Positions 26,687-37,043 of a stretch of DNA of 64,000 bases are shown one piece after another; the first letter of the stretch is position 1, and the number at the start of each line of letters is the position of its first letter. The notes below the pieces were generated by a model. The model saw only the letters and a list, made by a program, of their open reading frames with translations. It was not told the origin of the DNA and made no database searches. The stretch spans positions 3,162,001 through 3,226,000 of the forward strand of contig OX638159.1 of NCBI GenBank assembly GCA_951804945.1, given 5' to 3'. This DNA is from Podarcis cretensis (taxonomy: Eukaryota). The position numbers were made by a program, and so were the translations under genes.

Positions 26687-27295
26687 AGATGTTTCACTTT
26701 CTCAATGGGATTGCAAGGAAATTATGCAAAGCAAGTTTGACATGATAGACTGCTAAGCAAGGACTGGTTCACACTCATGTGATTTAACCATACATACATA
26801 CATGCATACAGTGGAGAAACAAAGTCACTCATATGTCCCAGCCACAGGAGCAGTGTACTATGGGTAGGATCCAATGAAGTCATTGTTAGCAGGATGACTT
26901 CTGCTTGTGCAATGAAGTGTCCCCTTGCTTTCCTTTCTTGCACCCACCCAAAACTGCTCCAAGGCATTGGTGGGGAACCCAGTGAAGATCTGGAGGTGTG
27001 TGTGGAGGGACTAGAGGGAGGGGAAGTTCAGTTGTGCAAGAGGAAGTTGTTCCACTCACACTATGACTTTGTTAGATACAACCCAGCGTGCTCTGAGCAA
27101 GGCTGCTGTGAAGCAATTGGAATTGAATGGTTGAACTGTGCACTTTGGTACCATTGTGACTCATGTCTCAGTCCTACATATGTTAAAGGAAGAAAGTTTC
27201 ATTAAAAAGAAACATTGATTTTTTTCCCAAATAACCTGTTCAGGAATGGGATGGAAAGCATTCTGTACTAGGCAGAGGGCACCCTCGGTAGTGGC

Positions 27296-27706
27296 TGTGG
27301 AGTTTGGAACAGACAGGGTTAAAACTCCGTGGTGCCCTGCATCTGGGAGGGGCCGGAAGCAGGGCTTTACGTCACAGGCTTTGTCTGTGAGAGTTACTTT
27401 CAGTTCTACCGAGAGACACTGAGAGACACAGCTAAACAGACAGGCTGTGTCTGTGTGCTTTTGGGAAGCACGGAGAGATGCCAGAATGGCGGAGGCTTCT
27501 GACGGGAAAAAGACTGATTTATGGCTTGTAAATAAACTCTTCTAAAGATAAGAACCGATCTGTCTTTTGGACTTGATTTATCCCTTTCTCACATGGACTC
27601 AGGACCGCTGCATTACTCTGCTATCCTACCAGGTCAGAGCTTCCTAGCAGAGAAGGCTCAGAGGAAGCGTGACTGGACGGTGAATTTATATTCAGTTACC
27701 AGCAAA
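27296..27706 (+). repeat. 5' LTR (411 bp)
   Basis: Direct repeat of 32048-32453; ETS-like CCGGAAG (27353-27359), CRE-like TTACGTCA (27367-27374), YY1-like AATGGCGG (27485-27492), AATAAA (27531-27536). Confidence 0.95.
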
Positions 27707-27729
27707 GGTTATGGACATTACGTGTTTCC
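27707..27729 (+). promoter_or_regulatory. Primer-binding site, half-tRNAiMet (Drosophila copia) type
   Basis: GGTTATGGacattaCGTGTTTCC immediately after the LTR, compared with GGTTATGGGCCCAGCACGCTTCC (complement of the internal 5' half of vertebrate initiator tRNA-Met, sequence recalled). Confidence 0.7.
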
Positions 27730-27899
27730 TGATAAGTGTGAGAAGGGAGGAGAACGCCAGCTTTGAGTTGCTGTGATCTCCTGCCAGGAAGGGCAGTGGG
27801 AGACGCTGGGGAGCGGAGCCAAGAGCCAAGAGAGACGGCTGCTTCGGACGTCCAGCTTGCTGGCAGAGTGAGTACGCTGAAAGCCCCGGGGGGAGGAGA

Positions 27900-30800
27900 A
27901 TGGCTGCTGCTCAGGCACAGCAGGGCCAAGACAGCTACCCCGGTGAAAGGCTCAGTGGGGCCAACTGGAAGGCCTGGAGTGAGCACATGTACCACTGGCT
28001 GAAGGGAAAGGAGCTGTGGGAATGCACGCAAGTCGATCCAGCCCAGGCCCAGGCCCAGCCCAAAGCAGACATGGCTGATGCTCTAGAGAGAGAGCAAAGG
28101 GTGCTGGCCATTTTAAAGGGCAGCGTTCATGCCTGGCTGTTGCCAGAGCTCCAAGGGAAGACGCCCTGGGTTGCGTGGCAGGCACTGAAGACAGCATGTC
28201 AGAAAGCAGTGGGAGCCAGGCCAGAGGGGGCTAGAAGATGCCCAAAGGGAGCAGCAAGCCCAGGAGGGGCTGAGCAACGCCCAGAAAGCCCAGAAGAAGC
28301 TGGGGCTGTTTTGGGAGGCTGTTTTTATGCTTCAACACATCTGAGTGATGGACTGTGTCCTGGAGAAAGGCTGGGAGCTGGAAAGAGGAAAGCAGTGGCA
28401 AGCTGTTCCTTAGGCGACGTGGCACCCAGGAGTGGGGGTGCAGGCCGTTCCGAGAGCTCTGAGAAAGCCAAAGTCTCCAAGAGTTGTTTGTGCTTTGAGG
28501 CGAAGTCCAACAGCAAAGGGCATTGTTCTGCTGAGGCTCTGGAATGCAAGGTCAGCCACCTGCAAGGAAGGCAGATAAGCAGTGATTCGCAGACAACAGA
28601 GCCTGGGAACAGCAGCAGCAGCCGTGCAGTAACCATGGCAACCAGGATGGACACTGGCATTGACACAGACCCCGGTGGGGGTGCGAGCGTTGCCATGGCA
28701 GCTTTGGAAGACAGCCAGAGAGACACTTTATCTCTAATTATCGATACGGGAGCCGCTCACTGTCTTGTGCCATCTGGTGGGCTCCTGAGGAACTGCAAGA
28801 CAGTTAAAACTGGACGTTATGTCAAAATGGCAGATGGATCTAAGAGACCACTGACTGAATCTGGGTCTTTATATTGTTCTTTCTTGGATTGTTGGGTGCA
28901 AGCTTATGTTGTCCCAGAGCTTGCGCACTCTCTTTTAAGTGTAACAGCCTTAAATGATGCTGGGTTCGATGTTCGTTTTTCTAACACTTGTTGTTCCTTC
29001 TACAGGGATGGAAAGAAGATCTACAGTGTTGAGAGAACAGACAGGCTCTTTCTGGTGCAGATGCCTATTGAAAATGGGGTTGGTGGAAAAATGGGACTAA
29101 TGGAAAATGGGACTGGTGGAAAAATGGGGCTGGTGGAAAATGGGGCTAGTGAAGAGTCCATTGAAGATGCCCATGTGCAGTGTGCAAATGTCCCACCACA
29201 CGATGGTTGTATTCACTTGTGGCACCGAAAATTCGGGCACGCTGGGTGGTCACTTGTGAGAAAAGCCGCAGAGAACACCATTGGGTGTAGGTTCAAGGCT
29301 TGTGGCAAATACCTAGATTGTCAAGCCTGTAAGCAGTCGAAGGTTACAACTTGCCCATATCCCAGATCAGAGAGGAGAACAAGCAAACCCTTTGAACTTG
29401 TCCATGCAGATTTGTCAGGTCCCATGCCGACACCTTCTTTAGCTGGGTCTAAGTGGGTTCTAGTTCTGATTGACGATTTTTCGAAATTTAGTTGGGTTTT
29501 TGCGCTTAAATGCAAGTCAGAAGCGGCTACATTGATCAGGGACTGGATCACAGCGATAGAGCTACAGTTCTCTACCAGGGTGATTTCCTTTCAATCTGAT
29601 CATGGGGGGGGGGGGAGTTTACAGGTTCTGCGCTGCAATCGTTTTTCAGGCAGAAGGGTATCAATCATCGATTGTCTGCCCCCTACAGTCCGCAACAGAA
29701 CGGGATTGCAGAGAGAAAGTTTTGCACATTACAGGAATCTGTGAATGCTATGCTGGCAGACTCGGGTTTGCCACAGTGCTTTTGGGCAGAGAGTTATCGG
29801 ACAGCATGTTTTGTACAGAATAGGGTGTACAATTCCAGTGTAGGCAACACACCGTATTACTTGTTGCATCAGAAGAAGCCGAAGGTGGGGTTTCTCCATG
29901 TTTTTGGTTCTGAGGCTTGGGTCCTCATTCCAAAAGCCATGCGCAGAAAGGGTGAGCCAAGGTCTAGGAAGATGATCTTTGTGGGCTATGAGCCGGGTTC
30001 AAAGGCGTGGCGTTTCGCATACCCTACTGGCAACCAGTCTAAGCTGCTTATTAGCGGCAGTGCTGAGTTTTGCGAGCAGAGTGGGTGGAAGTGTCTTCAC
30101 GGGAACCCAGATGTTCTGTCAGACTCAGATGAGGAAGAGGAGGAAGGCGAAGCTGAACCTGTTGCTGATGTGCGCGGTCCACAGCAACAGGGTCCAGTGC
30201 CAGTTTCTCCAAAAGGGAGTCCCAGGACCCCTCCACAGGTCACTGTCAAGTCTGAGCTAAGGAGTGCACCATCCTCACCAGCAGAACCAGCTGTACGTCC
30301 GAAATGGCGCAGCAGGTCAGAGGGGGATGTGTCAGACACAGAGGATAGTAGGGTTGATCCAGGTGAATCAGGCGCAGTTCCAGAATTCATGCTGAGGAGG
30401 TCAGCAAGATCAACGAAGGGAAAGCCACCTGAAAGGTATGAAGCCACTAGTGTCTGGGTTGGTGTGGCTAGATGTGAGCCTGAATCCTTTGAGGATGTTC
30501 AGGAGTTGCCTCAGGAAGAAGCTAGCAAATGGCGTGAGGCGATGCAGAAGGAGATGAACTCAATGGAGTCTCTAGGTGTGTTCTCTCTCACGAAGTTGCC
30601 GATGGGCGAAAAAGCTGTTAGCTGCAGATGGGTTTACCGTTTGAAACCCACAGAAGCAGGAGAACCACAGTATAAAGCGAGATTAGTGGCCCGAGGATTC
30701 ACACAGAGGAAGGGTGTCCATTTCACAGAGGTATATTCGCCAACCTCGAGAGCGGAGACTCTGAGAAAGCTTTTGGCGATAGCAGCACAGAGAGGTTGGA

Positions 30801-32174
30801 AGGTGAACCATTTTGATGTAGATGTCGCCTACCTGAACTCAGATCTCAAGGAGGAGTTGTACATGCTTCCTCCTCCAGGGTTTGAAGTCAGTGAGCCAGG
30901 CGTTGTGTGGCAGTTGCACAAATCCATCTATGGATTACGTCAATCTGCCAGGAATTGGAATATGTGCCTACATGAAGCCTTAGAAGAGCTAGGTTTTAAG
31001 AGATCTCTTGCAGACAGTTGTCTTTACATTAAAGAGTCAGGCTTAAGTGATCCAGGTGTTTGTTGACGACCTTTTGATCATGGCACAGACAGGTAAACAG
31101 GTGGAAAAGTTTGCTAGAGAGCTTGGAAAGCGGTTCAAGCTGAAGCAGCTTGGAGATGTCAAATCCTATTTGGGCGTGCAGATCACAAAAGCAAGTGATG
31201 GAAGCTTCTTGCTTTGCCAGAAAGGTAAGATTGAACAGTTGCTTGAGAAGTTCAGGATGTCTGAGTGTGCAGGTGCCAGATCACCCATGGAGGCTGGTTT
31301 TGTAAAGGAGTGTCAGCAAGTAGAACGTGTGGTGTTCGAAAACACTGAGCTCTTTCAGTCAGCTCTGGGTAGTCTGTTGTATCTGTCACAGTGGAGCAGA
31401 CCAGATATAGCGTTTGCTGTCAATCTGCTCAGTAGAGAGGCCTCAAGTCCTAGTGTGCAGGCCTGGAATGGTATAAAGCGGGTGCTGCGTTACCTGCAAG
31501 ATACCAAAGACTTTTGTCTTAAGTTGTCAGCTCAAGGAGATGTCAAGCTGACTGCTTGGGTGGACTCGGATTGGGCTAACCTTGAGGATCGCAAATCAGT
31601 GTCAGGTCTAGTGGTGAAGTTTGGGGACTCAGTAATTGGGTGGAGGTCCTGGAAGCAAAGTCTCATAGCGCTTTCGTCTACTGAAGCTGAGTTCAGTGCG
31701 CTATCAGATGCTTGCAGAGAGTTGGAGTTCTATGTGTGTTTGGTCGAGGAAATCTGTGGAGAAAATTGTCTGCCCGTTGTGGTGCATGAAGACAATCAAC
31801 CGTGCCTTAAATTGGCTGAGACAGGGCAATTCAAGGCGAGGACCAAACATTTGGACATACGTTTTCAAAATGTGTGTCAGAGCGCTCGTGAGGGGCTAGT
31901 TGCTCTGAAATACTGTCCCTCAACCAAGAACCTCGCTGATGGTTTCACAAAACCATTAACCTTCCAGAAGCACAAGGAGTTCTGTGAGGGTTTGTGTATG
32001 GGGAAAGCATTGTTGGCTATCGTCCCCAGATGCAGGACAAGAGGGGGTGTGGAGTTTGGAACAGACAGGGTTAAAACTCCGTGGTGCCCTGCATCTGGGA
32101 GGGGCCGGAAGCAGGGCTTTACGTCACAGGCTTTGTCTGTGAGAGTTACTTTCAGTTCTACCGAGAGACGCTGA
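27900..32174 (+). pseudogene. Copia Gag-Pol polyprotein in three frames (two frameshifts)
   Basis: Gag N-terminus (LSGANWKAWSEHM..KELW), protease IIDTGAAH, integrase HHCC (LWHRKFGH..CQAC) and D-D-E (HADLSGP, QSDHGG, NGIAER), RT (SCRWVYRLK..YKARLVARGFTQ, LHKSIYGLRQS, FVDD), RNase H (VDSDWA, EAEF, EDNQ, ADGFTKPL); shifts at G12 run 29604-29615 and about 31040-31048. Confidence 0.95.
32033..32047 (+). promoter_or_regulatory. Polypurine tract
   Basis: CAGGACAAGAGGGGG directly before the TG of the 3' LTR. Confidence 0.85.
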
Positions 32175-32453
32175 GAGACACAGCTAAACAGACAGGCTGT
32201 GTCTGTGTGCTTTTGGGAAGCACGGAGAGATGCCAGAATGGCGGAGGCTTCTGACGGGAAAAAGACTGATTTATGGCTTGTAAATAAACTCTTCTAAAGA
32301 TAAGAACCGATCTGTCTTTTGGACTTGATTTATCCCTTTCTCACATGGACTCAGGACCGCTGCATTACTCTGCTACCAGGTCAGAGCTTCCTAGCAGAGA
32401 AGGCTCAGAGGAAGCGTGACTGGACGGTGAATTTATATTCAATTACCAGCAAA
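32048..32453 (+). repeat. 3' LTR (406 bp)
   Basis: Differs from the 5' LTR by 2 substitutions and a 5-bp indel (visual alignment). Confidence 0.95.
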
Positions 32454-32652
32454 GTGGCACCCTCCCTGTGGAACACCTTCCCTTCAGATGTCAAGGAGAT
32501 AAAGAACTACATAACTTTTAGAAGACATCTGAAGGCAACCCTTTATTGGGAAATTTTTAATGTCTGATGCTTTACTATATTTTTATATATATTGTAAGCT
32601 GCCCACAGTGGCTGGGGAAACCCAGTCAGATGGGTGGGGTATAAATAATAAA

Positions 32653-32686
<34 letters not shown>

Positions 32687-32697
32687 TTACTACTACT
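32454..32697 (+). mobile_element. L2 3' end (host of the copia insertion; its 5' part lies at about 27270-27295) with (TAC)n tail
   Basis: Joining the flanks restores GGCAGAGGGC..CTCGGTAGTGGCACCCTCCCTGTGGAAC; the end matches the L2-type terminus at about 12300-12420. Confidence 0.75.
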
Positions 32698-33048
32698 AGA
32701 TTGCTTTTCTCTGGGTGGATGACAGAACTATGCCAGACGTTTCACTTTTTTGTTGATCTTAGTAGTCTCATAACTTTTTGGGCATACTGAAGTCAAAACT
32801 GCTGCACATGCTTAGCCATTTCAGACACAATATTCCCAAGGTCTCTAGCCCCTTTTATTTTCAATATAGACCTATTCACATTCATCACAATATGCCACAC
32901 ATATGCTCCACATGTGTACTAAACTGCCACAAGAAATAGATTTGGAAGGAGAGTGTTGACCATTTGTACTCACAGTGAAAGAAGGGAGAAGCGGAGGGGG
33001 AAATAGCCAAAAAGGGAAATCAACTTCAACTTTTCATGACCTCTAAAT

Positions 33049-33175
33049 CAGGAAAGGGAATCCAGTTGTTGTCAGACACCAACTCAGTTTAGCCCCAGTC
33101 AGCAAGGCCAATGGCCAGATAGGGTGGAGGTTTTAGTCCACCAGTGTCTGGAGCTCCATGACTTCTCCATCCCTG
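33049..33175. mobile_element. hAT MITE
   Basis: CAGG...CCTG ends with 8-bp flanks CTCTAAAT / TTCTAAAT. Confidence 0.65.
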
Positions 33176-33360
33176 TTCTAAATAGTCAGGTGAGTTAAGT
33201 AGGGATGGTGACAGCAAATTGTCTTGCAAAACAAACTCAGGGCCCAAAATGGCAGAATTAATAGTCATAACTTTCATTGGTATGTTTTTTATATCTTATG
33301 CCAAAGTACTCAAAAGTATTGTAGAGGAAGACATATATAAGTCAGCATGTGGATTTATAT

Positions 33361-36300
33361 TGTTGTTGTTGTTTAGTCGTTTAGTCGTGTCCGACTCTTC
33401 GTGACCCCATGGACCAGAGAACGCCAGGCACTCCTGTCCTCCACTGCCCCCCGCAGCTTGGTCAGACTCATGCTGGTAACCTCGAAAACACTATCCAACC
33501 ATCTCGTCCTCTGTCGCCCCCTTCTCCTTGTGCCCTCCATCTTTCCCAACATCAGGGTCTTCTCCAGGGAGTCTTCTCTTCTCATGAGGTGGCCAAAGTA
33601 CTGGAGCCTCAGCTTCACAATCTGTCCTTCCAGTGAGCACTCAGGGCTGATTTCCTTCAGAATGGAGAGGTTTGATCTTCTTGCAGTCCATGGGACTCTC
33701 AAGAGTCTCCTCCAGCACCATAATTCAAAAGCATCAATTCTTCGGCGATCAGCCTTCTTTATGGTCCAGCTCTCACTTCCATACATCACTACTGGGAAAA
33801 CCATAGCTTTAACTATACGGACCTTTGTTGGCAAGGTGATGTCTCTACTTCTCAAGATGCTGTCTAGGCCTGTCATTGCCCTTCTCCCAAGAAGCAGGCG
33901 TCTTTTAATTTCGTGGCTGCTGTCACCATCTGCAGTGATCATGGAGCCCAAGAAAGTAAAATCTCTCACTGCCTCCATTTCTTCTCCTTCTATTTGCCAG
34001 GAGGTGATGGGACCAGTAGCCATGATCTTCGTTTTTTTGATGTTGAGCTTCAGACCATATTTTGCACTCTCCTCTTTCACCCTCAATAAAAGGTTCTTTA
34101 ATTCCTCCTCACTTTCTGCCATCAAGGTTGTGTCATCTGCATATCTGAGGTTGTTGATATTTCTTCCGGCAATCTTAATTCCGGCTAGGGATTCATCCAG
34201 CCCAGCCTTTCGCATGATGAATTCTGCATATAAGTTAAATAAGCAGGGAGACAAAATGCAGCCTTGTTGTACTCCTTTCCCAATTTTGAACCAGTCAGTT
34301 GTTCCATATCCAGTTCTAACTGTAGCTTCTTGTCCCACATAGAGATTTCTCAGGAGACAGATGAGGTGATCAGGCACTCCCATTTCTTTAAGAACTTGCC
34401 ATAGTTTGCCATGGTTGACACAGTCAAAGGCTTTTGCATAGTCAATGAAGCAGAAGTAAATGTCTTTCTGGAACTCTCTAGCTTTCTCCATAATCCAGCG
34501 CATGTTTGCAATTTGGTCTCTGGTTCCTCTGCCTCTTCTAAATCCAGCTTGCACTTCTGGGAGTTCTCGGTCCACATACTGCTTGAGCCTTCCTTGTAGA
34601 ATTTTAAGCATAACCTTGCTAGCGTGAGAAATTAGTGCAATTGTGCGATAGTTGGAGCATTCTTTGGCACTGCCCTTCTTTGGGATTGGGATGTAGACTG
34701 ATCTTCTCCAATCTTCTGGCCACTGCTGAGTTTTCCAAACTTGCTGCATATTGAGTGTAGCACCATAACAGCATCATCTTTTAAAATTTTAAATAGTTCA
34801 GCTGGAATACCATCACTTCCACTGGCCTTTTTATTTGCAGTGCTTTCTAAGGCCCATTTGACTTCACTCTCCAGGATGTCTGGCTCAAGGTCAGCAACCA
34901 CACTACCTGTGGTGTATGAGCCATCCATATATTTCTGGTATAATTCCTCTGTGTATTCTTGCCACCTCTTCTTGATGTCTTCTGCTTCTGTTAGGTCCTT
35001 TCCACTTTTGTCCTTTATTATGGAAATCTTTGTACGAAATGTTCCTTTCATATCTCCAATTTTCTTGAACAGATCTCTGGTTCTTCCCATTCTATTGCTT
35101 TCCTCTATTTCTTTGCATTGCTTGTTTAAGAAGGTCTTCTTGTCTCTCCTTGCTATTCTTTGGAAATCTGCATTCAATTTCCTGTATGTTTCACGATCTC
35201 CCTTGCATTTTGCTTGCCTTCTCTCCCCCGCTATTTGTAAGGCCTCATTGGACAGCCACTTTGCTTTCTTGCATTTCCTTTTCATTGGGATGGTTTTCGT
35301 TGCTGCCTCCTGTATAATGTTACGAGCCTCCATCCATAGTTCTTCAGGCACTCTGTCCACCAAATCTAAATCCTTAAACCTGTTCCTCACTTCCACTGTG
35401 TATTCATAAGGGATTTGACTTAGATTGTATCTTACCAGCCCAGTGGTTTTTCCTACTTTCTTCAGTTTAAGCTTGAATTTTGCTATAAGAAGCTGATGAT
35501 CTGAGCCACAGTCAGCTCCAGGTCTTGTTTTTGCTGACTGTATAGAGCTTCTCCATCTTTGGCTGCAGAGAATATAATCAATCTGATTTCGATGCTGCCC
35601 ATCTGGTGATGTCCATGTGTAGAGTTGTCTCTTGTGTTGTTGGAAAAGAGTGTTTGTGATGACCAGTTGTTTGTGATGGGCAGTTGTTCTCTTGGCAGAA
35701 CTCTATTAGCCTTTGCCCTGCTTCGTTTTGATCTCCAAGGCCAAACTTGCCAGTTGTTCCTTTTATCTCTTGACTCCCTACTTTAGCATTCCAATCCCCT
35801 ATAATGAGAAGAACATCCTTCTTTGGTGTCACTTCTATAAGGTGTTGTAAGTCTTCATAGAATTGGTCAATTTCAGTTTCTTCAGCACCAGTAGTTGGTG
35901 CATAAACTTGGATTACTGTGATGTTAAAAGGTCTGCCTTGGATTCGTATCGAGATCATTCTATCATTTTTGAGATTGCATCCCAGTACAGCTTTTGCCAC
36001 TCTTTTGTTGACTATGAGGGCCACTCCATTTCTTTTACAGGATTCTTGCCCACAGTAGTAGATATGATGGTCATCCGAACTGAATTCGTCCATTCCCATC
36101 AATATTTATTCTTGCCATTTCATTTTTGACCACATCCAACTTACCCATTCCTGTCCATTTTAGTTCACTGATGCCCAGGATGTCAATATTTATTCTTGCC
36201 ATCTCATTTTTGACCACCTCCAACTTACCCATGTTCATGGTTCTTACATTCCAGGTTCCTATGCAATATTTTTCTTTACAGCATTGGACTTTCCTTTCGC

Positions 36301-36654
36301 TTCCAGGCATATCCGCAACTGAGCGTCCTTTCGGCTTTGGCCCAGCCGCTTCATCAGCTCTGGATCTACTTGTACTTGCCCTCCGCTCTTCCCCAGTAGC
36401 ATGTTGGACGCCTTCCGACCTGAGGGGCTCATCTTCCAGCGTCATAACTTTTATATGCCTGTTGTCTTTGTCCATGGAGTTTTCTTGGCAGGGATACTGG
36501 AGTGGCTTGCCGGTTCCTCCTCCAGGTGGATCACGTTTGGTCAAAACTCTCCACTATGACCTGTTCATCTTGGGTGCCCTGCTCGGCATAGTTCATAGCT
36601 TCTCTGAGTTCTTCAAGCCCCTTCGCCACGGCAAGGCAGTGATCCATGAAGGGG
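33361..36654 (-). mobile_element. Full-length BovB (RTE clade) LINE, ORF disrupted
   Basis: APE (IGTWNVRTM, LGISELKW, QVYAPT, IIGDWNAK) and RT (NYRTIALISHASK, QGCILSP, LRYADD); (CAA)n tail; 12-bp TSD GTGGATTTATAT (33349-33360 / 36655-36666); lesions at about 36100-36230, 35660-35690 and 34745. Confidence 0.95.
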
Positions 36655-37009
36655 GTGGATTTATATAGCCTTGTCTATTTAGTATTGCTCACATTTTCTC
36701 TCTCAATACATGAATGAATATATATTGTTTGTGTATTTTTCCATTTTGAGCATCCTGCTATTATATGTATTTCTTATGCCTATTTTACAAGGCTTCTCAC
36801 AGTTCATTCTTTCACTCTCATGCTATGCCAATATCCAACTCAAACATAAGGTCTGAGTATATTGACACTGAGTAAAATGGGAATTTGCTTTAAACTGCAT
36901 AAATATTGAGAATACAAAGATCCTTGGAACTGCCTTTTAAAAGTCTATCCAGGGAAAGCGTAAAGAAGTTAGGTGTCCCTGTAAAGAAAACAGTGAGCTG
37001 TCTCCGTGT

Positions 37010-37043
37010 GTGTGCTTTCCATTGCCTTCCTTTTCAGGTGAGT
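37010..37043 (+). promoter_or_regulatory. Candidate recursive splice site (3' splice site followed directly by a 5' splice site)
   Basis: GCTTTCCATTGCCTTCCTTTTCAG|GTGAGT. Confidence 0.4.

Larger units (their letters stand above)
27296..32453 (+). mobile_element. Full-length Ty1/copia LTR retrotransposon
   Basis: Two near-identical LTRs, 5-bp TSD GTGGC (27291-27295 / 32454-32458), PBS, PPT, and domain order Gag-PR-IN-RT-RNaseH (copia-diagnostic); inserted into an L2 3' fragment. Confidence 0.97.

Noticed and set aside
29604-29615. Programmed ribosomal frameshift at the G12 run in integrase
   Set aside because: Falls inside the catalytic DxGGEF motif, which needs 7 G; homopolymer expansion or sequencing error is simpler
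33401-36668. Long plus-strand ORFs (313, 222, 180 aa)
   Set aside because: Antisense shadows of the BovB ORF
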